Of a stretch of 32,000 nucleotides of DNA, positions 25,722-32,000 are shown piece by piece. Source of the DNA: Gemmata obscuriglobus (GTDB lineage Bacteria > Planctomycetota > Planctomycetia > Gemmatales > Gemmataceae); assembly GCF_008065095.1 (NCBI RefSeq), contig NZ_CP042911.1:1860001-1892000 (forward strand), in the 5' to 3' direction. The notes below the pieces were generated by a model that did no database searches, was not told the origin of the DNA, and saw nothing but the letters and a program-made list of their open reading frames with translations. Position numbers and translations under genes: made by a program. Each line of letters starts with the position of its first letter. Positions within the stretch are counted from its first letter, which is position 1.

Positions 25722-26455
25722 GGCGCCACCGCCTTCCCCGGTGCCGGCAGCCGCTGCTCGCTTAGCGCCAGCTCGTGCAGGAGGGTGGCGGTGTCGGCGA
25801 ACGGCTCGGAGCCGGTGTTCGCCCACCGCACCCGCCGGTCCCGGCCGATCACGAACGTGCCGTGCGCCTGCCACTTCGGCAGGTCACCGGCCGCCGGGCG
25901 GAACACGCCGTACCGGGCCGCGGCGGTCCGGTCGGGGTCGCTCAGCACCGGGAAGTGGAACGCCCCGTACTCGGCGTACCGCTCGCGGGTCTTCGCCGGC
26001 GCGTCCGGGCTCACCGCCACTACCGCGGCGCCCAGCTCGGTGAAGTACCGCAAGTCCTTCTCGATCCCGAACAGTTGGGCCACGCAGTGGTCGCACGAGT
26101 AGCCGTAGTAGAACACCAGCACCACCGGGCCGCGCGCGGCCAGGTCGCCCAGGTCCGTCGGCCGGTCGTCGGTTCCGGTGAGCGCGAACAGCGGGGCGGG
26201 TTGGTTCACGAGCGGGTGGGGCTCGGTCGGCACCGGGGGCTTCGGCGGGGCGGCGAGCAGCGCCTGGAGCGGACCTGACAGCGGCTCGACCTGCTTCGCA
26301 CGCAGGTACTCGGCCGCGTCCCGGGCCACGTTCGGCTCGGGGGCGGGCTCGGAGGGCGGCGCGGCGCGGCCCGCGCACCCGGCGACGAGGGCGGCGCTCA
26401 GGAGCAGGGCCGCACGCCCGGCCGGCGGGGGGGCTTTAATCTGGTTGAGGTTCAC
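25718..26455 (-). CDS. Thioredoxin-fold lipoprotein (AhpC/TSA-redoxin family, CxxC)
   Basis: GTG at 26455 overlaps the upstream stop (GTGA). Lipobox 'LVAGC'. '[18 protein letters not shown]' is the redox-active motif, followed by 'FPVLSDPD'. Confidence 0.8.
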   Translation of the reverse strand: MNLNQIKAPPPAGRAALLLSAALVAGCAGRAAPPSEPAPEPNVARDAAEYLRAKQVEPLSGPLQALLAAPPKPPVPTEPHPLVNQPAPLFALTGTDDRPTDLGDLAARGPVVLVFYYGYSCDHCVAQLFGIEKDLRYFTELGAAVVAVSPDAPAKTRERYAEYGAFHFPVLSDPDRTAAARYGVFRPAAGDLPKWQAHGTFVIGRDRRVRWANTGSEPFADTATLLHELALSEQRLPAPGKAVAP

Positions 26456-27000
26456 GACTGTGTTTCCGAATTCTGGGTTGTTGCCGGCGCCCGCCGCACG
26501 CGCCACCACAGGGCGAGCGCGACCGCGGGGCCGAGAAAAGCGACTGCGCCGGCGAGCGCCAGCCGCACGCCCCACGGCACCGTGGGCGGCGCCGGTGAAG
26601 CGGGCGGGGCGGGGCGGCGCACGGGTTGACAGCACTCGACGGCGCCGAGCACCGGCGCGCGGGCCGGTGTCACTGTGCCGCCGTCCGAAACGGTGAGCGG
26701 GATTGGGGCGGATGCCCCGAACCCGAAGTCGAACACCACCTGACAATCGTCGCGCCCGGCCGGCCGCGGGAACGTCCCCCGCCCGGTCGGCCCGGTCTCC
26801 CCCGTCGCCCACACCGTGGCCCCGACGAGCACGGTCACGCGCGCGTCGGCGACGGGCCGTCCGTTCCGCTCGACGACGAACTCGACCCACCCGCCCGCGA
26901 GCGTGAACGACGCTTCGGGCGGTGCCGGCGCGGCGGGGCCGGCCGCGGAGAGCGGGGCGCAAGCGGCCAGGAGGACGAGCGCGAGTGCGGCGCGGCACAT
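26452..27000 (-). CDS. Hypothetical envelope protein: signal/lipobox, carboxypeptidase-regulatory-like domain, C-terminal TM anchor
   Basis: ATG at 27000 has GGAG upstream. 'LLAAC', then 'VADARVTVLVGATVWATGETGPTGRGTF', then the C-terminal 'WGVRLALAGAVAFLGPAVALALWW'. Confidence 0.65.
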   Translation of the reverse strand: MCRAALALVLLAACAPLSAAGPAAPAPPEASFTLAGGWVEFVVERNGRPVADARVTVLVGATVWATGETGPTGRGTFPRPAGRDDCQVVFDFGFGASAPIPLTVSDGGTVTPARAPVLGAVECCQPVRRPAPPASPAPPTVPWGVRLALAGAVAFLGPAVALALWWRVRRAPATTQNSETQS

Positions 27001-27026
27001 GGGAGGCTCCGGGGGCAGGGGCGCGG

Positions 27027-27899
27027 TCAGGCGGACTTCACTTTGAGGTCGCCGAGGTCGAGCGTCGCGCCCGCCTCGACCGTGATCGGTTGCCCGAACC
27101 GGCCCGCGGTGCCGCCCTTGAACCCGAGCGTCTCCTGCCACACGGCGAGCCGCACCTTGCCGGCCGGCGCCAGCTTGATCTCGAACCGCCCGTCCGGCCC
27201 GGTGAGCGCGAAGTACGGGTGGTCGAACACCCGCAGGTACGCCTTCTCCCACGGGTGCGGGGCACACGAGAACGGCACCGGGATGCGCTCCGCCTTCAGC
27301 TTCTCGAACCGGACCTCCGAGCCCTTCGGCATGGCCCGGTTCCCGTCCCCGTTGTTCTCGCTCGACCAGGCCAGCGAGTGGAAAATCGGGGACGTGTTCT
27401 TGACCACCAGCGTCTGCCCGGCGCGGAGCGCCAGCGCGTGCGGGCGGTAGCCCATCGGCTCCTGGTCCATTACGACCTCGGTCGCCTTCACCTCCTTAAG
27501 GTCGGCATGCACCTGGAGCGGCTCCGGGTCGCGGGCGGTGGAGTCCGGGCGGAGCCAGACGAAGACGTGCTGGAGGGCCTTCGACTTCGGGTCGATGACC
27601 CAGTCCTCGTAGTAGACTTTGCCTTTCGAGGTGAAGAACTTGAGATCGTCGCTCAGGAGCTTGAGCTTCTCGAAGTCCACCTCGCGGCGCTCGGGCGGCT
27701 TCTCCGCGTCGTCCCAGACGACGCGCCCCTTCACGGTGCCCCAGTCGCCCGCGGGGGCCTTCGGGTCGGCGGCGAGTGCCACCCGGTCGGGCCACAGCAC
27801 CTCGTGGGTGAGCAGCGCGCCGAGGGCGGACGCGAGCGCGAGTTCGCGGAGGGCCTGCCGACGGTCGGGGAAGTGGTCCTGCGGTTTCTCGATGTTCAT
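27027..27899 (-). CDS. Tat-signal protein with a cupredoxin-like domain plus a carboxypeptidase-regulatory-like domain (MauL-like architecture)
   Basis: ATG at 27899. The twin-arginine signal is 'DRRQALRELALASALGALL'. 'GQTLVVKNTSPIFHSL...FSCAPHPWEKAYLRVFDHPYFALTGPDGRFEIKLAPAGKVRLAVWQE' follows. Confidence 0.75.
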   Translation of the reverse strand: MNIEKPQDHFPDRRQALRELALASALGALLTHEVLWPDRVALAADPKAPAGDWGTVKGRVVWDDAEKPPERREVDFEKLKLLSDDLKFFTSKGKVYYEDWVIDPKSKALQHVFVWLRPDSTARDPEPLQVHADLKEVKATEVVMDQEPMGYRPHALALRAGQTLVVKNTSPIFHSLAWSSENNGDGNRAMPKGSEVRFEKLKAERIPVPFSCAPHPWEKAYLRVFDHPYFALTGPDGRFEIKLAPAGKVRLAVWQETLGFKGGTAGRFGQPITVEAGATLDLGDLKVKSA

Positions 27900-27908
27900 G
27901 CGTGTTAC

Positions 27909-27952
27909 CGTGTGTGTGTGCGTGCGTGCACCGACGCGCGTGCGTGCGTGTG
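27909..27952. repeat. Two alternating pyrimidine-purine tracts (23 nt and 19 nt), including (TG)5
   Basis: cgtgtgtgtgtgcgtgcgtgcac at 27909-27931 and acgcgcgtgcgtgcgtgtg at 27934-27952, immediately upstream of the 27899 start. Confidence 0.8.
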
Positions 27953-28140
27953 GTGGCAGCGACCGCCGCGTGGGCGGTCGGAGTGATTGGGTGACGGCGC
28001 GGGAACCGACGATCGAACGTGCGCGGGACACTTACGCGGTCTCGGCGCGCGCGGCCCTTGGGGCAACGCGCGGCACGGCGCGGGACGCGCGTGCGCGGAC
28101 CTACGGCACGACGTTCGGGCGCGGGTTCAGCGGGTGGGGA

Positions 28141-28842
28141 TCAGGACGCGCGCGGGGGCGGCGTCGGCGGGACGTGGGGAACGGCAACGGCCCGGTCGGA
28201 GAGTGGGGCCGGGAAGCGGTCGGGCTCCGGCGGGTCGGCGAAAACGGTGGGCGTATCAGGGACGAACGAGGGGTCGTGCAGGAACAGACCGGCGGGTCCC
28301 TGGCCGCGGCACTTCTGGGCGTACACCCCGACCACCCACCGAACACCCGACCGATCCGGTGCCGGGGTTTCGTGGCACGGCTTCGGGCCGCGGTTCACCG
28401 CGGCCGACTTGGTGGGACACGAGGCGCAATCGCGGGCGGCTTCCGCTTCGCACGGTGCCTTCTCGGCGTAGCACGCGGGCGCCGCCTTGAGCTTCGAACA
28501 GCAGGACGGTGCGGGAGCGGGCTCGGGTTCCGAGCAGCACGCCTTCTTCTTTTTCGGCGCAGCGGGCTGCGACTGGCGGGACTCGACCAGCGGACGCACG
28601 TGGGCCGGCGGCTCGACCCCGTTCTCCTCGGCCCACAGGAGCTTCTCCTCAAGGGTGAAGCAGCAACAGTCGCCCTTCCAGCACTCGTCCGACGTGAGGC
28701 ACCCGCACGGGCGGGTCTGGCACGGGTACGGGGTGCCGTCGCCCTTCTTCCGCGGTGTCGGCAGCGGGAAGCCGAACGTGGTCAGCAGGTGGCACACCAG
28801 TGCCGCCGCCGCCAGCCCGCGCCCCCCGAACCCGATCCGCAT
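28141..28842 (-). CDS. Cysteine-rich hypothetical protein with an N-terminal hydrophobic segment
   Basis: ATG at 28842. I count 18 Cys in 233 aa, in clusters: 'PCQTRPCGCLTSDECWKGDCCCF', 'ACCSE', 'SCCSK', 'DCASC'. I recall similar proteins in planctomycetes, but no function. Confidence 0.7.
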   Translation of the reverse strand: MRIGFGGRGLAAAALVCHLLTTFGFPLPTPRKKGDGTPYPCQTRPCGCLTSDECWKGDCCCFTLEEKLLWAEENGVEPPAHVRPLVESRQSQPAAPKKKKACCSEPEPAPAPSCCSKLKAAPACYAEKAPCEAEAARDCASCPTKSAAVNRGPKPCHETPAPDRSGVRWVVGVYAQKCRGQGPAGLFLHDPSFVPDTPTVFADPPEPDRFPAPLSDRAVAVPHVPPTPPPRAS

Positions 28843-28918
28843 CTGTAACGCCCCGCACGGAGTGATTAACGGTATCGTCTTACGCCCTTCGCCCGTTGGT
28901 TGCCAGTGCCACGCCCGC

Positions 28919-29336
28919 TCATCCGGTGCACGGCTTGCCGGGCGGCGCGGGTTCCAGTGCGACCAGCACCGGGCGGTGGTCAGACACTAGCCGCCCATCA
29001 ATCACCGCGGCGCTGCGCACTCGGAACCGTTCGGCGGGCCTGAACAGAACGTAATCGATCTGCTACTTTGACTGTACGCCAGAATCGTGAGAAACCGTTG
29101 CCTATCGCGCCGGCCCGTGTCGCGGTGAGCGCGGCAAACGCCTTGCTGTTCGCAGTGCTGTTCAGATCGCTGGCCAAGATCACCGGGCGATCAACGCCGG
29201 CGAATAACTCGTCCCGTTTCGCCGCCCGCCGCCCGCCGCCCGCCGCCCGCCGCCCGCCGCCCGCGGCGATGTGGGCCAGGTGCGTGGCGATGAGTGATAG
29301 GTTGCGACCATCGTTTTTAATATATTTAAACGACAA
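28919..29336 (-). pseudogene. Endonuclease/exonuclease/phosphatase (EEP) family remnant: N-terminus missing, internal stop or frameshift
   Basis: 'LSLIATHLAH...RPVILASDLNS' is in one frame. 'QIDYVLFRPAERFRVRSAAVIDGRLVSDHRPVLVAL' is in another, preceded by TAG at 29063-29065. The ORF begins abruptly at the AT-rich patch. Confidence 0.6.
29221..29262. repeat. (GCCGCCC)x6 heptanucleotide microsatellite
   Basis: Six exact tandem copies, translated in the EEP remnant as AAGGGRRAAGGGRR. Confidence 0.95.
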
Positions 29337-29548
29337 AGATTTCTTTGAGTCATGATTTTTAATGATCTGCTCGGTCCGAAGTTGACCAGGGTTTATCCTT
29401 GGGCTTACCTTGGGTAGGAGAGGTGCATTCCCACGTGTTGGCTGTAACCGGACTAGTCACGATTCACGATTGATAGGCTTTCATAACTATTAATGTGTTA
29501 ATTTTATTTTAAACTATAATTTATTAATTATAAATTTTAAAGCGGACG
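29337..29548. other. Sharply AT-rich patch in a GC-rich genome
   Basis: Examples are 'ttaatgtgttaattttattttaaactataatttattaattataaattttaaag'. It contains the short direct repeats 'cacgatt cacgatt' (about 29456-29470) and 'ccttggg' x2 (about 29396-29418). It abuts the truncated EEP gene and the 3' end of the 29514-30080 gene. Confidence 0.8.
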
Positions 29549-30080
29549 ATAGCTCGGCGACTAAAGATTGTGCCGTCTTGAGCCTGTGCTCTGCGTTTCC
29601 ACTTCGCTGAACGTATTCGCGCGCCTCGGCGTCGGTGAAACCACAGGCCGTGGCTTCGTCGTCGGCCACTTCGAGCGTCGCGTTCCCGGGCGCGACCGTC
29701 TCGCACACCCCCGGGTCCAACTGCTCGGCCGCACAGAACTGGTCCCACGCTTCGCCGTGAACCCGGACCAGATACCCGTACAGTCGCGCCGCGTCCCGCA
29801 GTCGTGTCGCCAACGGCTCGGTCGCAGAATCGGCCAGCGCGGACGTTTTGAAGAACAGCGCGGCCAGCTCGAGCCGCTCCATCCGGTGCTGACCGAACAC
29901 GGCCAGAAAAGCGAGTGCCCGGCCGAACGTGTCCGGCACGCGCCACGTTTCCCACGGGGCCGCGGCCACCACCCGCGCGTGCTCCACGTCGTCGCCCCGC
30001 GCGCCGGCCGCCATCAGCAGCGACAGCCGTTCGGCCGCAGACAGCGTCGCGTAATGCTTCGAGAGGGATTTGGTGTTCAC
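29514..30080 (-). CDS. Hypothetical protein (right-arm module, gene 4)
   Basis: GTG at 30080 overlaps the upstream stop (GTGA). The 188-aa product has G/C-rich third positions, and its last codons run into the AT-rich patch. I recognise no domain. Confidence 0.6.
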   Translation of the reverse strand: MNTKSLSKHYATLSAAERLSLLMAAGARGDDVEHARVVAAAPWETWRVPDTFGRALAFLAVFGQHRMERLELAALFFKTSALADSATEPLATRLRDAARLYGYLVRVHGEAWDQFCAAEQLDPGVCETVAPGNATLEVADDEATACGFTDAEAREYVQRSGNAEHRLKTAQSLVAELSSALKFIINKL

Positions 30081-30400
30081 GACGTGCTCTCCGCGCGGTG
30101 CTTCAAGGCCGCTTCCAGGGCCTCGAGTCGGGCCGCGACGTTGCCGGCCTCGATCGCCCGCAGCGCCACCCCGGCCAGGAACCCGACCGCTCTTGCCTTC
30201 TCCAACGTGCCCGCCTCCGCATCCGCGCGGACCGCAGTGACCTGCTCTTCCAACAGGTCGATCACGTCTTGCGCGGTCTGGAGCCGGAACGTGATCGGGA
30301 TTGCGGATGTACGCGGGGTTGTACACGTGTCGCCGGCGCGGCGCGTGCGCCGGTACTCGCGCTGGTAATCCCTCGCTCGATCGGGGCTCGAGAACGGCAC
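30077..30400 (-). CDS. Hypothetical small helical protein (right-arm module, gene 3)
   Basis: GTG at 30400. 'RDYQREYRRTRRAG...LEKARAVGFLAGVALRAIEAGNVAARLEALEAAL' is Arg-rich at the N-terminus and coiled-coil-like at the C-terminus. It resembles small proteins I have seen in planctomycete/myxobacterial mobile regions. Confidence 0.6.
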   Translation of the reverse strand: MPFSSPDRARDYQREYRRTRRAGDTCTTPRTSAIPITFRLQTAQDVIDLLEEQVTAVRADAEAGTLEKARAVGFLAGVALRAIEAGNVAARLEALEAALKHRAESTS

Positions 30401-30410
30401 GGTACAGCCC

Positions 30411-31457
30411 TCAGTTCGGTTCAGGGATCGCCCCGGCTGGCGCCAAACCCGGCTGAGACGAGGACCGGGTGCCGGGTACGGGCGCCCGCACCTCGCCGGG
30501 CGCGGCTCCGTTCACGACGGTTTGATTGGCGGCAAGGTTCAGTTGGGCCAGGAGCGCGGGGGCCTTGAGTTGCCGCACCTTTGCCAGTTCGCGGACCGCA
30601 TCGGTGAACCGCTTCTGCCCGCGTGTCAGCATCCGGTCGAGGTGCTCACGGTCCTGCAGACGGGTCGGCGGGCGCACCGCCAGTTCCAGTTCCAGCGCGT
30701 GAACGGTGAGCCACCCGTTTATCACCCGGCGCGCGAGCAGCTCTTCGAGTACGGTCGGGTTGTCGCCCAGCACCTGGGCGCGGAGCGCGACGACCTTTTC
30801 GGTGATCCCGGCTTCCCACACGGGATCGTCGCCCGCGGCTGTGCGGATCAGTTGCACCGTGGCCTGGCGCCCCAGATCCCCGAGCCAGTTGGACCAACCC
30901 CGCGACCGGACCAGCGCCGCCACCTGGGCCTTCGCGCCCGAGTCGCCGGTTCGGGCCTTGGCGAACAACTCGACCGCTTCCGCGTCGTTGTTCGGCGCTC
31001 GGTATTCGATCAGTGGGTTCCGCTTCTCGACGCGCTCCTTCAGATTCGCCAGCGTATCCCGCAGTTCTTGCAACTGCCGTTTCATGCGCCACTCCCCGCG
31101 GTGGTGTCGGTGGAACCCGAGCGCCTCCAGTACCCCATACGCGACCGCACGCAGCACCCCGTTCGCCTCAGCCGTTGCAGTCAACAGCGCCGCAAACCGC
31201 GCCCGGGTCCGGTCCCGTTCCTCGCGCTCCCGCCGGCGCACTTGGGCGGCGGCTTCCGTCTGCTCGACGAGCACGGCGCCCATCGCGTCGCCGAGTCCGA
31301 ACGGGTCCCGACTGGCGACGTACTCCTTGACCGGCTTCCCGTTCACCCGGCGGTTGCGGTACAGGTACCAGCGCCCGCCGTGTCGCAACTCCCACCCCAT
31401 TGATGCGCCTCGGCGTGTACTACGGAACGAACCATTGCCCCGCTCACGGGTGGTCAA
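30411..31457 (-). CDS. Hypothetical protein (right-arm module, gene 2)
   Basis: TTG at 31457 overlaps the upstream stop (TTGA). An alternative ATG at 31400 gives 'MGWELRHGGRWYLYRNRRVNGKPVKEYV'. I recognise no domain. Confidence 0.6.
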   Translation of the reverse strand: MTTRERGNGSFRSTRRGASMGWELRHGGRWYLYRNRRVNGKPVKEYVASRDPFGLGDAMGAVLVEQTEAAAQVRRREREERDRTRARFAALLTATAEANGVLRAVAYGVLEALGFHRHHRGEWRMKRQLQELRDTLANLKERVEKRNPLIEYRAPNNDAEAVELFAKARTGDSGAKAQVAALVRSRGWSNWLGDLGRQATVQLIRTAAGDDPVWEAGITEKVVALRAQVLGDNPTVLEELLARRVINGWLTVHALELELAVRPPTRLQDREHLDRMLTRGQKRFTDAVRELAKVRQLKAPALLAQLNLAANQTVVNGAAPGEVRAPVPGTRSSSQPGLAPAGAIPEPN

Positions 31458-31636
31458 TGCGGTGCGGCTGGGATTTCAGTTGTGGTGCCGACGAGTGCGA
31501 GAATGGCCCGCTTGATCGGGTCGGGCAAGTTCGCCCACGCCGTGACGACCCGAGCGAGTTCAGGATCAGTGGGGTTGCTGCTCCCGGTGCTGCTCCGGAA
31601 GTCGTCCGATGTGCCGATGTCGTTGCTTTTCAACAC
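31454..31636 (-). CDS. Hypothetical 60-aa protein (right-arm module, gene 1)
   Basis: GTG at 31636, 17 nt inside the element from the att core. The motif is 'DPELARVVTAWANLPDPIKRAILALV'. Confidence 0.45.
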   Translation of the reverse strand: MLKSNDIGTSDDFRSSTGSSNPTDPELARVVTAWANLPDPIKRAILALVGTTTEIPAAPH

Positions 31637-31652
31637 GTTGGGAGAATTGGCA

Positions 31653-31712
31653 ATCCGCCTTCTAAGCGGAAGCGTGTGGGTTCGACTCCCACCGGGCGTA
31701 CTTTCCTCTTCC
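31653..31712 (+). repeat. attR-like partial tRNA-Arg copy (3' 48 nt plus 12 nt)
   Basis: It is a perfect 60/60 match to 12815-12874. The 5' half of the tRNA is absent (upstream sequence 'ggagaattggca' is unrelated). Confidence 0.9.
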
Positions 31713-31753
31713 GGCGCCGTCCCCGCTCGTTTGGCTTGGCTTCAACCATTTCG

Positions 31754-31781
31754 AGCGGATGAGCCGCGCCGCTCATCCGCT
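31754..31781 (+). terminator. Hairpin downstream of the partial tRNA copy (11-bp stem, 6-nt loop)
   Basis: agcggatgagc-cgcgcc-gctcatccgct. The flanking 'ttcaaccatttcgagcgg' is homologous to 'ttcaagcattttgagcgg' at 12912-12929. Confidence 0.35.
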
Positions 31782-31807
31782 TACCCGTATCACGCCGCCG
31801 GTGCTTG

Positions 31808-32000
31808 CTACTTTTTCTCCCCAACCGCCGCCGCGACGATGTTGGCGACCTCGCGGCGGAGCGGGCTCGCATTCCCCTTGTCGCTGGGGTGAACGCGGTT
31901 CGTCAGGATGATGATCGCCGTTTTCGACCGGGGATCGACCCACACGCTCGTTCCCGTGAACCCGGTGTGCCCGTACCCCTCGCCCTTTTTGAACCGGTCG
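31808..32000 (-). CDS. Serine hydrolase / beta-lactamase-family protein, 3' end only (runs off the window)
   Basis: Hand translation of the minus strand gives '...[63 protein letters not shown]', with the stop at 31808-31810. It is not in the ORF track because no start lies inside the window. Confidence 0.75.
   Translation of the reverse strand, partial: DRFKKGEGYGHTGFTGTSVWVDPRSKTAIIILTNRVHPSDKGNASPLRREVANIVAAAVGEKK

Larger units (their letters stand above)
12863..31712. mobile_element. Putative decayed, mosaic integrative element / genomic island in tRNA-Arg(UCU) (about 18.9 kb)
   Basis: It is bounded by the intact tRNA and a 60-bp direct copy of its 3' half. An integrase remnant lies next to attL, and a polymerase fragment and a phage-like unknown module sit in the arms. 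The interior looks chromosomal, so treat this as a hypothesis. Confidence 0.4.

Noticed and set aside
28897-28911. A TGGCAC-containing string on the minus strand (tggcactggcaacca) upstream of the Cys-rich gene, considered as a sigma-54 promoter.
   Set aside because: The -12 element (TTGC at the correct 5-nt spacing) is absent, and only the -24-like TGGCAC matches.

Overview
High-GC (about 68-70% by eye) chromosomal segment that looks planctomycetal and Gemmataceae-like. The evidence is five prepilin-type DUF1559/H-X9-DG paralogues, small lipoproteins after them, and an 'LLVEEFESRALPS'-type N-terminus on the giant secreted protein. Layout: (1) 42-3629, a 1195-aa FG-GAP/VCBS adhesin-like protein with four near-identical 342-bp internal repeats. 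(2) About 3.9-5.4 kb, a lower-GC islet with an ORFan membrane protein carrying a G10 tract, plus a small zinc-ribbon protein. (3) 5.5-10.4 kb, a housekeeping block on the + strand: acyl-CoA thioesterase, MaoC dehydratase, gltX, PfkB/adenosine kinase, thpR. Its intergenic regions hold unusually long palindromes. (4) 10.5-12.5 kb, a gene split by an IS3-family element whose orfA/orfB junction is an A9 run with orfB in the +1 frame. (5) tRNA-Arg(UCU) at 12789-12862. Its 3' 48 nt plus 12 nt downstream are repeated perfectly at 31653-31712, bracketing about 18.9 kb. The left arm holds only gene wreckage (integrase C-terminus, family-A DNA polymerase fragment). The right arm holds four tightly coupled unknown genes ending in a very AT-rich patch. 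The roughly 15.5 kb between them is a long minus-strand chain: PQQ-like propeller, five DUF1559 genes, lipoproteins, YHS+DJ-1/PfpI, a frameshifted PepSY-TM gene, a Myb-like ORF running in frame into a DUF1559 gene, and a Cys-rich / cupredoxin-like / thioredoxin-like envelope module. (6) The window ends in the 3' end of a serine-hydrolase gene. No CRISPR array, rRNA or recognisable defence-system enzyme was seen. The most interesting signals are the tRNA-bounded mosaic element, its int-attP-operon logic, and the unknown envelope redox/metal module. All calls come from hand translation and motif memory; no database search was run.
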